Source of the DNA: Acidimicrobiia bacterium
GTDB lineage: Bacteria; Actinomycetota; Acidimicrobiia; Actinomarinales; Actinomarinaceae
Assembly: GCA_028376655.1 (NCBI GenBank)
Contig: JAONAZ010000002.1
Location: 69,029 to 133,028, forward strand
DNA length: 64,000 nucleotides
Reading direction: 5' to 3'
A model generated the notes under the pieces. That model did no database searches and was not told the DNA's origin. It saw only the letters and a list, made by a program, of their open reading frames with translations. Shown here in pieces: positions 27,588-36,903 of this stretch. Position 1 is the first letter of the stretch; every line of letters starts with the position of its first letter. A program made the translations under genes and the position numbers.

Positions 27588-28209
27588 TGTAATAACCTTA
27601 TTCCCAAATCTAATCGAAGAGTGGTTAGCTACTGGAATAATTTCGAAGGCCTATAAAAACAATCTCTACGAAATCTCAATTACAAATTTGCGTGATTATG
27701 GATTAGGAGAATATAAACAAGTAGATGATGCTCCCTATGGGGGAGGTCCTGGGATGGTTTTAATGGCTGAACCTTTGGATAATGCCATAACCTCTAATAA
27801 GTCTGACATAAATGTATTTCTTACACCTTCTGGAAATCAATTAGATGAAAGTTTAATATCAGAATTGCATACACATCAGTCGGCAAATTTGATATGCGGA
27901 AGATATGAAGGATTTGATCAGCGAATTATAGATTTACATTCTGATTACCAAATTTCGATTGGAAAAACTGTAGTTTCTGGTGGAGAGATTCCTGCATTAT
28001 TCACACTTGAAGCACTCATAAGAAAAATTCCTGGAGCATTAGGAAATTCTGAATCGTTACTTACAGAATCATTTACAGATGGTAAATATGATCACCCTGT
28101 ATATACGCGTCCTGAAAAATATAAAGAATTATCTGTACCATCTGTGCTACTTTCAGGAAACCATCAAAAAATAATTGACTGGAAAAAGAATAATTTAAAA
28201 GACATATAA
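27571..28209 (+). CDS. trmD: tRNA (guanine37-N1)-methyltransferase TrmD
   Basis: VITLFPN, DDAPYGGGPGMVL, CGRYEGFDQR, SGGEIPA. The ATG at 27571 lies inside the cofH 3' end (17-nt overlap). Confidence 0.9.
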   Translation: MLSKYNVITLFPNLIEEWLATGIISKAYKNNLYEISITNLRDYGLGEYKQVDDAPYGGGPGMVLMAEPLDNAITSNKSDINVFLTPSGNQLDESLISELHTHQSANLICGRYEGFDQRIIDLHSDYQISIGKTVVSGGEIPALFTLEALIRKIPGALGNSESLLTESFTDGKYDHPVYTRPEKYKELSVPSVLLSGNHQKIIDWKKNNLKDI

Positions 28210-28246
28210 TCCAAAATTACTTATATAATCTTCATTTGGAGAAGAT

Positions 28247-28591
28247 ATGAACTTAATTGAAGAAATAGAAAAATCAAAATTAAAAGAAGAGCTACCTTCT
28301 TACAAAGCTGGTGATTCCGTTAAGGTTAATGTTAAGGTATCAGAAGGTAATCGCGAGAGAATCCAAACATTTGAAGGTGTTATCATTGCTACAAATGGTG
28401 TTGCTCTTAATAAAAGCATTACTGTCCGTAAATTGTCTTTTGGTGTTGGAGTTGAAAGAATATTTCCTGTCCACGCTCCTATTGTTGACTCAATTGAAGT
28501 CACAAGAAAAGGTAAAGTACGTAGATCAAAACTTTATTACCTAAGAGATAGAGTTGGAAAATCAGCAAAAATTAAAGAAGATCGTTCTTAA
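28247..28591 (+). CDS. rplS: 50S ribosomal protein L19
   Basis: [26 protein letters not shown]...[23 protein letters not shown] lies upstream. Confidence 0.95.
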   Translation: MNLIEEIEKSKLKEELPSYKAGDSVKVNVKVSEGNRERIQTFEGVIIATNGVALNKSITVRKLSFGVGVERIFPVHAPIVDSIEVTRKGKVRRSKLYYLRDRVGKSAKIKEDRS

Positions 28592-28655
28592 TATATATTA
28601 TTATTAGTACATTATAAAAATTCTAAAAAACTTAGTAACTTTCATTTTTGCTATT

Positions 28656-29195
28656 TTGATTGCTTCTTTAATTAGATTATTTTTTATTCAAATATATGTA
28701 ATACCATCAGAATCGATGACACCAACTATTCAGATAGAGGATAGAGTTTTAGTCGTAAAAGATGACTTCATTGATATTGAGTACAAGGTGGGAGATATTG
28801 TCGTATTCTACAATCCAAATTATTATTCAGAAATAACATATATTGAAAAATTTTTAGATGCGATAAAAACAAATATCTTTATGCAATCAGATACTGCAGT
28901 TAAAGCTGCATATATTAAAAGAATTGTTGGACTACCAGGGGATGATATTAATATCGACAATTTTGGAAATGTATACAGAAATAATCAATTAGTTATTTTT
29001 GATGGAATTCTAAACGAAACTTTTAGCAGTAAAAACAATTTTATAATCCCTAATAATTCATATTTTGTTATGGGTGATAACAGAAAAAATAGTGAAGATT
29101 CTAGAATATTTGGTTACGTACCGAGAAGCAATATAATCGGGAAAGCTTATTTTAAAGTTTATCCCTTTGATGATATTTCCTCATTCAATGATTGA
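28656..29195 (+). CDS. lepB: signal peptidase I (the true N-terminus probably lies upstream of this TTG)
   Basis: Catalytic IPSESMTPTI, KRIVGLPGD, GDNRKNSEDSR. The TM anchor continues in frame upstream to 28608, with no canonical start codon (see finding). Confidence 0.85.
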   Translation: MIASLIRLFFIQIYVIPSESMTPTIQIEDRVLVVKDDFIDIEYKVGDIVVFYNPNYYSEITYIEKFLDAIKTNIFMQSDTAVKAAYIKRIVGLPGDDINIDNFGNVYRNNQLVIFDGILNETFSSKNNFIIPNNSYFVMGDNRKNSEDSRIFGYVPRSNIIGKAYFKVYPFDDISSFND

Positions 29196-29775
29196 AAATG
29201 AAATCTGGAAAAATAATCCAAATCAGTATGTTATAGGTGCTGACGAGGTTGGAAGGGGTTGTTTTGCTGGGCCAATTGTTGGTTGTGCAGTAAAAATAAA
29301 TTCATTTGATTCGAAACATCTAACTGATGTGAAAGACTCAAAAAAACTAAGTGCAAAGAAAAGAAATTTAATATATCAATACATCACTAATACTGAAATT
29401 ATTTATGCTATTTCCATATGCGACAACACTCAGATTGACAAATTTGGAATACAAAAATCAAATGAAGTCGTACTTACAAACTCTATTAAAAGTGTACAAA
29501 CTGAAAATGAACAGATATTCGTGGATCATTTTAAGATAGATATTCCAGATACAATTTCGCTCACTAGAGGAGAGGAAAAAAGTAAAGCAATTGCACTCGC
29601 AAGTATTATTGCAAAAGTTAGTAGAGATAATTATATGATAAAAATTTCACATATATATCCCGAATATGATTTTGCAAGTAATAAAGGTTATGGAACTTTA
29701 AAACATAGAGAGGCAATCAAAAAATTTGGATTAACAAAACTTCACAGGAGTTCATTTAATTTAATGCCCAAATAA
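29167..29775 (+). CDS. rnhB: ribonuclease HII
   Basis: IGADEVGRGCFAGPIV, VDHFKID, DSKKLS, ASIIAKVSRD. An alternative ATG at 29188 would reduce the overlap with lepB to 8 nt. Confidence 0.9.
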   Translation: MMIFPHSMIENEIWKNNPNQYVIGADEVGRGCFAGPIVGCAVKINSFDSKHLTDVKDSKKLSAKKRNLIYQYITNTEIIYAISICDNTQIDKFGIQKSNEVVLTNSIKSVQTENEQIFVDHFKIDIPDTISLTRGEEKSKAIALASIIAKVSRDNYMIKISHIYPEYDFASNKGYGTLKHREAIKKFGLTKLHRSSFNLMPK

Positions 29776-29900
29776 TAGCAATTACAGCAAGAGCAATACA
29801 GAAGATTATATTGAAATAATCCGTTCTATTAGCTTTATATGGCTTATTTGGATCGAATCCCATAACTACATTCTAAGAGAATTTATATTAAACTTGAATT

Positions 29901-30656
29901 ATGGTTTTAGAATCTACAAATAAAGACAATACATTAATTCTTAAATTTAATGACATAAAAACAAAAAACTCGATATCTGCAAACGATTGGGTTGAGTTCC
30001 GTAAGCACGTTAATAAATTTGATAAAAGCGATCTTAAGTATTTAGTTTTATCACAGGTAAATGAAAATTTTTCTTCAGGAGCACAGCTTGGCGAAAATTT
30101 AAATGCTTTGATGGACGATGTTTCCCTAGCTGCCCAAGCTTTATGGGATTGCAAGAAGCCCGTTATCTCAGTAGTAGATGGCATTTGTGCTGGAGCGGGT
30201 TCTAATATGATCCTGCTTTCTGATTTTATTATTGCAACCCCCCGAGCACGTTTCATTGAAGTTTTCGCTAGAAGAGGGCTCGTTGTCGATTTTGGTGGTT
30301 CTTGGACCCTTCCAAGGATTGTTGGTACTCAAAAAGCAAAAGAATTAATTATGACTGCGGATGAAATTGATGGCCTAACAATGCTTGAATTAAACATGCT
30401 ATATAAATTGGTAAGTCCTGATCAGTTAGAATTAGCAACCACTGAATTAATAAATAAACTGGATAATCTAAGCTTCATATCTATATGTAAAAATAAAGAA
30501 CAAATTAAAAATGGACTTAATAAAACATTTTCAGAATCACTTGAATTAGAGGGTGTAAATCAGAATGAAAGGTTTGTACACTCTGATGCCGCAGAGGGAA
30601 TGATGGCTTTTATAGAAAAAAGAAAACCGAATTATAAAAATACATTAGATGCATAA
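29901..30656 (+). CDS. enoyl-CoA hydratase/isomerase (crotonase) family protein
   Basis: SVVDGICAGAGSNMILLSDFIIATPRARF oxyanion-hole region; C-terminal EGMMAFIEKRKP. Confidence 0.8.
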   Translation: MVLESTNKDNTLILKFNDIKTKNSISANDWVEFRKHVNKFDKSDLKYLVLSQVNENFSSGAQLGENLNALMDDVSLAAQALWDCKKPVISVVDGICAGAGSNMILLSDFIIATPRARFIEVFARRGLVVDFGGSWTLPRIVGTQKAKELIMTADEIDGLTMLELNMLYKLVSPDQLELATTELINKLDNLSFISICKNKEQIKNGLNKTFSESLELEGVNQNERFVHSDAAEGMMAFIEKRKPNYKNTLDA

Positions 30657-30661
30657 AATTA

Positions 30662-30690
30662 TTGAATAAATATTCATCTTTATGTATATT
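30662..30690 (+). promoter_or_regulatory. candidate promoter for the ABC substrate-binding protein gene, with an overlapping palindrome
   Basis: TTGAAT (30662-30667), 17-nt spacer, TATATT (30685-30690). The palindrome TGAATA-AA-TATTCA (30663-30676) overlaps the -35. Confidence 0.4.
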
Positions 30691-30731
30691 TATGCAATAA
30701 TTAAAACTTAAATTAAACGGAGGTTTAGAAA

Positions 30732-31616
30732 TTGAAAAATAAGAAAACACTTATTTTAATATTTGCTCTTGCATTAGTAGCTACAGCTTGTTCTGGTACA
30801 GCTACACCTTGTGATGAAGTAGATATTGCAACTGGTGACAACGGTTTACCAGATCTTGGCGGATGTGAATTTACATTTGCTGTTGAAAATGCATACTTAC
30901 CATTCAACTACATCGACGCTGAAACAGGCGAAGCTGCTGGTTGGGATTATGACGTTTTCAATCATATGGGAGAGTTAATGAACTTTACACCTGTATATGT
31001 TCCTACAGCATGGGATGGAATGATTCAAGCGACAGCTGATGGTCAGTTCATGATTGCTGGTGACGGAATTACTATAACAGCTGAAAGAGATGAAATTGTT
31101 GACTTTTCTCAAGGTTATATCAACTTAGCTCAAAAAGTACTTGTTGCTGCTGATAACGCAATGGTAATGAGTATCGATGATCTTAAAGCTGGGGACTACA
31201 CAGTTGCTGTACAAAAAGGTACAACTAACTATGAGTACGCAGTTGCTGAACTCGGTGAAGATAAAGTTAAAGCTTTTGACACATTTGATTTCGCAATCGC
31301 AGCGGTTATTTCTGGTGATGCCGATGCATCACTTGTCGATGAAACTGCTGGATTAGGTTACATGGGTGCTAATAAAGACAAGGTTAAACTTGTCGGTGGT
31401 GACTTAACTTCAGAGCAACTTGGATTTGCATTTCCTAATGGAAGCCAACTTGTAGATGTAGTCAACCAAGGACTCACAGCAATGATTGAGAGTGGTAAAT
31501 TAGGAGAGATTAATGCTAAATTTTTCTCACCTAGCTTCTCTGTAACTTATGATGATATTGCAGAATGTGATGAAAACATTCCAGCTGAATATCTACCAGA
31601 AGACTGTGAAGTATAA
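30732..31616 (+). CDS. polar amino-acid ABC transporter substrate-binding lipoprotein (family 3 SBP)
   Basis: Lipobox LVATAC after a signal peptide. SD GGAGG 8 nt before the TTG. Family 3 SBP layout (DIAxG..., GFAFP). Strongly acidic and visibly higher GC than its neighbours. Confidence 0.8.
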   Translation: MKNKKTLILIFALALVATACSGTATPCDEVDIATGDNGLPDLGGCEFTFAVENAYLPFNYIDAETGEAAGWDYDVFNHMGELMNFTPVYVPTAWDGMIQATADGQFMIAGDGITITAERDEIVDFSQGYINLAQKVLVAADNAMVMSIDDLKAGDYTVAVQKGTTNYEYAVAELGEDKVKAFDTFDFAIAAVISGDADASLVDETAGLGYMGANKDKVKLVGGDLTSEQLGFAFPNGSQLVDVVNQGLTAMIESGKLGEINAKFFSPSFSVTYDDIAECDENIPAEYLPEDCEV

Positions 31617-31644
31617 CTTTTAAATTAATAATAATTTAAATTGT

Positions 31645-31670
31645 AATAGGCACGGAAATCCGTGCCTATT
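31645..31670 (+). terminator. intercistronic stem-loop / partial Rho-independent terminator after the SBP gene
   Basis: AATAGGCACGG-AAAT-CCGTGCCTATT, an 11-bp perfect stem followed by a U-rich GCTTTATTAT. The permease gene starts 19 nt later. Confidence 0.7.
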
Positions 31671-31688
31671 GCTTTATTATGGTAAAGA

Positions 31689-32444
31689 ATGAAGATTAGA
31701 AACTTATTAAAACCTGAAAACTGGTGGATAATTATTTTATCATCCATCATCATTTGGATGTTTTATATTATCATCACAGACCCTGAGTACAATAAAGCTT
31801 TCTTTTTTATTCTTCCCGGACTTAAACTTACTTTTCTTTCGACTATTGCCTCATTTGTTATTGCTTTATTCTTAGGTTTAGTATCTGGTATTGGTCGTAT
31901 TTCAAATAATAAAATTGCCAGCACTCTTTCAAGAACCTATATTGAATTTATTAGAGGTGTGCCGGTATTAATTCTTATATTTACTATTGCATTCGTTCTT
32001 GTTGCGAATGTCGCTGATGTTTTAAATATTAATAATGGAAAAGTTCCTATGTTAGCACGTGCAATAATCGCTCTCTCCGTTTTTTATGGCGCATATATTG
32101 CAGAAGTCTTTCGAGCAGGTATCGAATCAGTTTCTCGTGGTCAAAGAGAGGGAGGGGCATCCCTTGGCCTTAATGACAAACAAGTTATGAGATTTATTGT
32201 TTTACCACAAGCTTTTAGAAATATGCTGCCTGCATTAGGTAATGATTTTATTTCTATGATGAAAGATTCCTCTTTACTTTCTGTTCTTGCTGTCGAGGAT
32301 TTAACTTACAGAGGTCGACTGTATTCTGGTAGTACATTCAGGTTTGCTGAAACTTATCTTGTGTTAACAGTTTTATACTTATGCATAACTTTGTTCCTTT
32401 CTGCTATCCAAAGACAATTGGAGAAAAGACTTGAGACTAAATAA
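31689..32444 (+). CDS. amino-acid ABC transporter permease (His/Glu/Gln/Arg/opine 3-TM family)
   Basis: [10 protein letters not shown] and the EAA-like loop [23 protein letters not shown]. 251 aa. No ATPase gene follows. Confidence 0.85.
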   Translation: MKIRNLLKPENWWIIILSSIIIWMFYIIITDPEYNKAFFFILPGLKLTFLSTIASFVIALFLGLVSGIGRISNNKIASTLSRTYIEFIRGVPVLILIFTIAFVLVANVADVLNINNGKVPMLARAIIALSVFYGAYIAEVFRAGIESVSRGQREGGASLGLNDKQVMRFIVLPQAFRNMLPALGNDFISMMKDSSLLSVLAVEDLTYRGRLYSGSTFRFAETYLVLTVLYLCITLFLSAIQRQLEKRLETK

Positions 32445-33291
32445 ACTTACTGACCAGAAAAATCTCCTTGGCGAGTATTTAGATATAATCGAAAATCTTA
32501 AAAACTATTCTCAACATACAGTCGTTGCTTATAAAACAGATATCAATCAATTTTTCGAATTTATGAATAATACAGAAACGATCGATATAGAGAAATTTAT
32601 CCAAAATCTAGCAAGAAATAATTATTCAAAAACTACGCTAAATCGTAAAATAGCTTCATTAACAACTTTTTTAAATTGGTGTAGTAGAGAAAAAGGAATA
32701 ACCGTACCAGAAACTTCTAATTTAGCGGTACTCAAAACTGATAAAAAACTACCAAATATTATGACTAGTAATTATATCAATACTTTATTAGACAATATTC
32801 CAGTTTCTTCAACTAAAGAAATAAGAGATAGGGCAATCATTGAAATTCTTTATTCATCAGGATTAAGAGTTTCAGAACTATCTAATCTAAAACTGACTGA
32901 TATCAAAAATAATCAATCAATAAGGGTTTTTGGAAAAGGTAGTAAAACACGTATACTTCCTATTACCAAACAGGCATTTAAATATTACATGTTGTGGCTA
33001 GATAAAAGACAAAATATTTCTACAATAAAATCTGGTAATTTTCTTTTTTTAGGTGTTCAGGGTAATAAAATATCAGATAGGGAAGTTAGAAGAATTGTAA
33101 AATTACGTCTCGGAACATTTCCACATAGTATTAGACATACATTTGCAACACATTTACTCGATGGTGGGGCAGACTTAAGAGTAGTTCAGGAATTATTAGG
33201 ACATACCGACCCAAGTACAACTCAAATTTATACTCACGTATCAAAAAAACAATTAAAAGCAAAGTATAAAAGAACTCATCCTAGAGGTTGA
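32431..33291 (+). CDS. xerC: tyrosine recombinase XerC/XerD family
   Basis: [47 protein letters not shown] (R-H-R-Y catalytic set). Sits upstream of rpsB as in other actinobacteria. Confidence 0.85.
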   Translation: MRLNKLTDQKNLLGEYLDIIENLKNYSQHTVVAYKTDINQFFEFMNNTETIDIEKFIQNLARNNYSKTTLNRKIASLTTFLNWCSREKGITVPETSNLAVLKTDKKLPNIMTSNYINTLLDNIPVSSTKEIRDRAIIEILYSSGLRVSELSNLKLTDIKNNQSIRVFGKGSKTRILPITKQAFKYYMLWLDKRQNISTIKSGNFLFLGVQGNKISDREVRRIVKLRLGTFPHSIRHTFATHLLDGGADLRVVQELLGHTDPSTTQIYTHVSKKQLKAKYKRTHPRG

Positions 33292-33417
33292 TTAATAATC
33301 ATACGTAGGTATCATTTGTAAAGAAATAGACACCATATTTTTAAAGCTTCCTTGGTGAACGAAAGTTTGGAAGCCGCGAAAGTAATAAATATGGGATGAA
33401 ACAACCAAAGGAGAATT

Positions 33418-34128
33418 ATGAGTACAAACATGAAAGAACTCTTAGAAGCAGGAGTTCATTTTGGTCACCAGACCCAACGTTGGAACCCTAAAATGGATAA
33501 CTTCATTTATGGAGATAAAAGCGGAATACATATCTTAGATTTAAGAATTACATATGAGGCAATTGCTCAAGCAGAAGATTTTGTTCAGAAAATTGTAGCA
33601 AATGGTGGAAAAGTATTATTCGTAGGAACCAAACCACAAGCTCAAAATGTTATTCAGGAACAAGCAGAAGCATCAGGGATGCCTTTTGTTAATCACAGGT
33701 GGTTGGGTGGTATGCTAACAAATTTCAAAACTATTATTAAAAGAGTTATTTATTTAAAAGAATTAATTTCTTTAGAAGATTCTGGTGAAATTAATGCATA
33801 TCCTAAACCAGAAAGACTTAGAATTCGAAGAGAGATTACAAAATTAACACGTTCAATTGGTGGCATAGTTAATTTGAGTAAAATACCAGATGCTATATTT
33901 ATTGTTGATTTAATGAATGAATCAACTGCACTTACCGAAGCCAATAAACTCGGTATACCCGTAATTGGTCTAGCAGATTCCAATGTCGACCCAACGGGCG
34001 TTGATATCGTTATACCTGGCAATGATGATGCAATCAGATCTATCGAAGTAGTTACTTCAGCAATCGCTGAGGCTTGCGCAAAAGGTGCTGGACTTGAAGC
34101 AGTTATTGAAGAAAAAGAATCGAACTAA
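33418..34128 (+). CDS. rpsB: 30S ribosomal protein S2
   Basis: LLEAGVHFGHQTQRWNPKM. SD AAGGAG lies upstream. Confidence 0.95.
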   Translation: MSTNMKELLEAGVHFGHQTQRWNPKMDNFIYGDKSGIHILDLRITYEAIAQAEDFVQKIVANGGKVLFVGTKPQAQNVIQEQAEASGMPFVNHRWLGGMLTNFKTIIKRVIYLKELISLEDSGEINAYPKPERLRIRREITKLTRSIGGIVNLSKIPDAIFIVDLMNESTALTEANKLGIPVIGLADSNVDPTGVDIVIPGNDDAIRSIEVVTSAIAEACAKGAGLEAVIEEKESN

Positions 34129-34736
34129 TGGGTATCTCAGCAACAGATGTAAAAAAACTTAGAGATATGACCGGTGCAGGTATGATGGATGCTAAAAAGG
34201 CCTTAACGGAAACAAATTCTGATATAGATGCTGCAGTAAAGTATTTGAGAGAAAAAGGTTTAGCTGATTCCAAAAAGAGAGCAGATAAGGAAGCGAATCA
34301 AGGAACTATCGGTGACTATATACATTACCAACAAGATCGTGCTGTATCTGGAGTATTAGTTGAACTCGCATGTGAAACTGACTTTGTCGCTAAGTCTGAA
34401 GAATTTAAAGATTCTGCAAAACAAATTGCAATGCATATTGCAGCAATGAAACCTACTTATTTGAACATCGAAGATATACCTGAAGCAAAACTTGCAGAAG
34501 AGAAAGATATCATCATTAAGCAATCAGAGAATGAAGGTAAACCTGCAGAAGTTATTGAAAAAATAGTAGAAGGACGGATTACTTCTTTTTTTAAAGACAA
34601 TGTCTTAAATGAACAAACTTTTTGTAATCCTGAAATATACGAGGGTAAAGTTAGCATTATGATAGACGAGATGTCAGGAAAACTTGGTGAAAAAATTTTT
34701 ATCAAACAGTTTTCTAGGGTAGAAGTAGGTTCATAA
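34128..34736 (+). CDS. tsf: elongation factor Ts (short, about 200-aa form)
   Basis: VKKLRDMTGAGMMDAKKAL (UBA-like N-terminus), ELACETDFVAK. 202 aa. Confidence 0.9.
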   Translation: MGISATDVKKLRDMTGAGMMDAKKALTETNSDIDAAVKYLREKGLADSKKRADKEANQGTIGDYIHYQQDRAVSGVLVELACETDFVAKSEEFKDSAKQIAMHIAAMKPTYLNIEDIPEAKLAEEKDIIIKQSENEGKPAEVIEKIVEGRITSFFKDNVLNEQTFCNPEIYEGKVSIMIDEMSGKLGEKIFIKQFSRVEVGS

Positions 34737-35441
34737 ATGTCTAAGAGAGTCCTTTTAAAACTCTCTGGTGAATCATTCGCTGATAGAGAGTCTAATTTTG
34801 GCATTTCACCGAATATATTAACTAATATTGCTAATCAAATTTCTAAAGCAAATGAAGAAGGTATACAAATTGCTGTAGTTGTCGGTGGTGGAAACTTTTT
34901 TAGAGGAGTACAGGAATCGGCAAAAGATATGGCTCAAGCTAATGCTGACTATATGGGGATGTTAGCAACTGTTATAAATGCAGTAGCTTTAAAAGATGCT
35001 CTAGAGAAAAATGGAACTCAAACACGTGTCCAATCAGCCATAACAATGACAGCTGTGGCTGAACCTTATATACGATTAAAGGCAATAAGACATCTTGAAA
35101 AAGGAAGAATTGTTATTTTTGCTGCTGGTACTGGAAATCCTTATTTTACAACTGATACTGCAGCTTCACTTCGAGCAGCAGAGATCGAAGCTAACGTTGT
35201 TCTTAAGTCAACAAGAGTTGGTGGTGTTTACTCTTCTGATCCAGAAAAAAGTGAGAATGCTGAAATGTTCACAGAAATCTCTTACACAGATGTTATTGAA
35301 AAAAAACTAGGAGTAATGGATTTAACTGCTATCACCTTATGTGAAGAAAATAGAATGCCTATAAGAGTATTTGATGGTACACATTCAAGTAATATTTATG
35401 ATGTATTGACAGGTCGCGATTTAGGAACTTTAATTAATTAA
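34737..35441 (+). CDS. pyrH: UMP kinase
   Basis: [35 protein letters not shown]. Confidence 0.95.
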   Translation: MSKRVLLKLSGESFADRESNFGISPNILTNIANQISKANEEGIQIAVVVGGGNFFRGVQESAKDMAQANADYMGMLATVINAVALKDALEKNGTQTRVQSAITMTAVAEPYIRLKAIRHLEKGRIVIFAAGTGNPYFTTDTAASLRAAEIEANVVLKSTRVGGVYSSDPEKSENAEMFTEISYTDVIEKKLGVMDLTAITLCEENRMPIRVFDGTHSSNIYDVLTGRDLGTLIN

Positions 35442-35443
35442 CC

Positions 35444-35995
35444 ATGACACAAGCAATTATTACCGATGTTGAAAATAATATGAAAACCTCTGTTAATCAT
35501 CTTATAGAAGAATTTACAAAGATAAGAACTGGCAGAGCTAATCCATCATTAGTTACAAATATACAGGTTGAATATTATGGTACAAAAACACCTCTGCAAC
35601 AACTTGCATCTATAAGTGTTCCAGACCCTAAATTATTATTAATTCAACCCTTTGATAAAGGATCTTTTGATGATATAGAAAAAGCAATACAAAATTCTGA
35701 TATTGGACTGAATCCAGCTAATGATGGAGAAGTTATAAGAATTCCCATACCCTCGTTATCAGAAGAAAGAAGAAAAGAATTAACTAAGGTTGCTTCTAAG
35801 TTCACTGAAGATTCAAAAATATCCATACGTTCAAATCGAAGATCGGGTTTAGATGAGCTAGACAAAATAAAGGATGAAATCTCAGCTGATGACATAAAGA
35901 GGTTTGAGACTCAGATTCAAGAACTAACTGATAAGTATGTCAAAAAAGTTGATGAATTACTATCAGTTAAACAAAATGAACTTCTCGAAGTATAG
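35444..35995 (+). CDS. frr: ribosome recycling factor
   Basis: IRTGRANPSLV, IRIPIPSLSEERRKEL. 183 aa. Confidence 0.95.
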   Translation: MTQAIITDVENNMKTSVNHLIEEFTKIRTGRANPSLVTNIQVEYYGTKTPLQQLASISVPDPKLLLIQPFDKGSFDDIEKAIQNSDIGLNPANDGEVIRIPIPSLSEERRKELTKVASKFTEDSKISIRSNRRSGLDELDKIKDEISADDIKRFETQIQELTDKYVKKVDELLSVKQNELLEV

Positions 35996-36887
35996 ATTAA
36001 GTTTTTCATCTGAGGATGATGGTACATTTTGGCCAGGTGTAGTAGAGCTTCCTGTAGAAGACATTAAGCAAGAAAAAAATATAGAAAATAAAACCATATT
36101 TAATTCAAATCCAAGACTTTTCACAGCTTTAGGGCTCATAATATTATTATCATTATTTTTTACTAATAAAAGTTCTGCTTTGATACTTTTAATTGTTGCT
36201 GTTTTAATAGCATCTAAGGAATGGTTCGATATGTTTGAATATGGGATAATTATTCCATATCCATTTCTCTTATTTTCTTCAATAGCACCTATGTTGATTG
36301 TTTATTATTATGAACTCTCTCTAATTTATATTTCTTTTTTTATATTACCAATTGGTCTTATCATCTATACAGGCTCATTTATTTCTTACGGAATTTATGA
36401 AAAATTTGGTAGCCTTTTTATTTTTCACACATGGTTTAGCCTTGGAATTACTTCGATCGTATTTATTCTTAAAAGTAATATTCTTTTTTTTACCTACTTC
36501 GCAATCATATCGATATCAATATCTGATACTTTAGCCTATGAGATTGGACGTCGTTACGGCAAACGAAAACTTATAGAACATATATCACCAAACAAGACAA
36601 TCGAAGGCCTAATAGCAGGATTATTATCTGGAACTATTGCTATGTTTACAAATTTAGTAATAAACACCCAAACAACCCCTTTGAATGCACTACTAATAAG
36701 TTTTATTTTTATATGTTTCGGAGTTCTAGGAGATTTATTTGTTTCGAAAATTAAAAGAACTTTGAGTGTAAAAGACTCCAGTTCACTTTTACCAGGTCAT
36801 GGAGGACTCCTTGATCGTGTTGATTCATACTTATTATCATTTCCTGTATTGCTATTGTTTTCTCAGTTTTCTTATTTAATCCCGTAG
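35976..36887 (+). CDS. cdsA: phosphatidate cytidylyltransferase
   Basis: Signature SKIKRTLSVKDSSSLLPGHGGLLDRVDS. Polytopic membrane protein. The start is uncertain (35937, 35952 or 35976, all overlapping the frr 3' end). Confidence 0.85.
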   Translation: MNFSKYRLSFSSEDDGTFWPGVVELPVEDIKQEKNIENKTIFNSNPRLFTALGLIILLSLFFTNKSSALILLIVAVLIASKEWFDMFEYGIIIPYPFLLFSSIAPMLIVYYYELSLIYISFFILPIGLIIYTGSFISYGIYEKFGSLFIFHTWFSLGITSIVFILKSNILFFTYFAIISISISDTLAYEIGRRYGKRKLIEHISPNKTIEGLIAGLLSGTIAMFTNLVINTQTTPLNALLISFIFICFGVLGDLFVSKIKRTLSVKDSSSLLPGHGGLLDRVDSYLLSFPVLLLFSQFSYLIP

Positions 36888-36903
36888 GTGAGATAATAGA
36901 AGT

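Noticed and set aside
29846-29866. GGATCGAATCC resembles a tRNA T-arm/T-loop (GGTTCGAATCC), which could indicate a tRNA gene or an att-site remnant.
   Set aside because: The flanks cannot form the T-stem, acceptor stem or anticodon arm. The loop has A in place of T54, and there is no CCA or discriminator context. It is probably chance, or part of the small ORF.
32431-33291. The tyrosine recombinase could mark an integrated mobile element or island boundary.
   Set aside because: It sits in the conserved actinobacterial xerC...rpsB-tsf position. I saw no flanking direct repeats, tRNA gene or phage/ICE cargo, so I treat it as the housekeeping XerC/D.
35937-35975. Long N-terminal extension of cdsA (track start 35937) overlapping frr by 59 nt.
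   Set aside because: The extension (MSKKLMNYYQLNK) is not hydrophobic and does not look conserved. Internal ATGs at 35952 and 35976 give shorter overlaps. I chose 35976, but the start cannot be settled from sequence alone.
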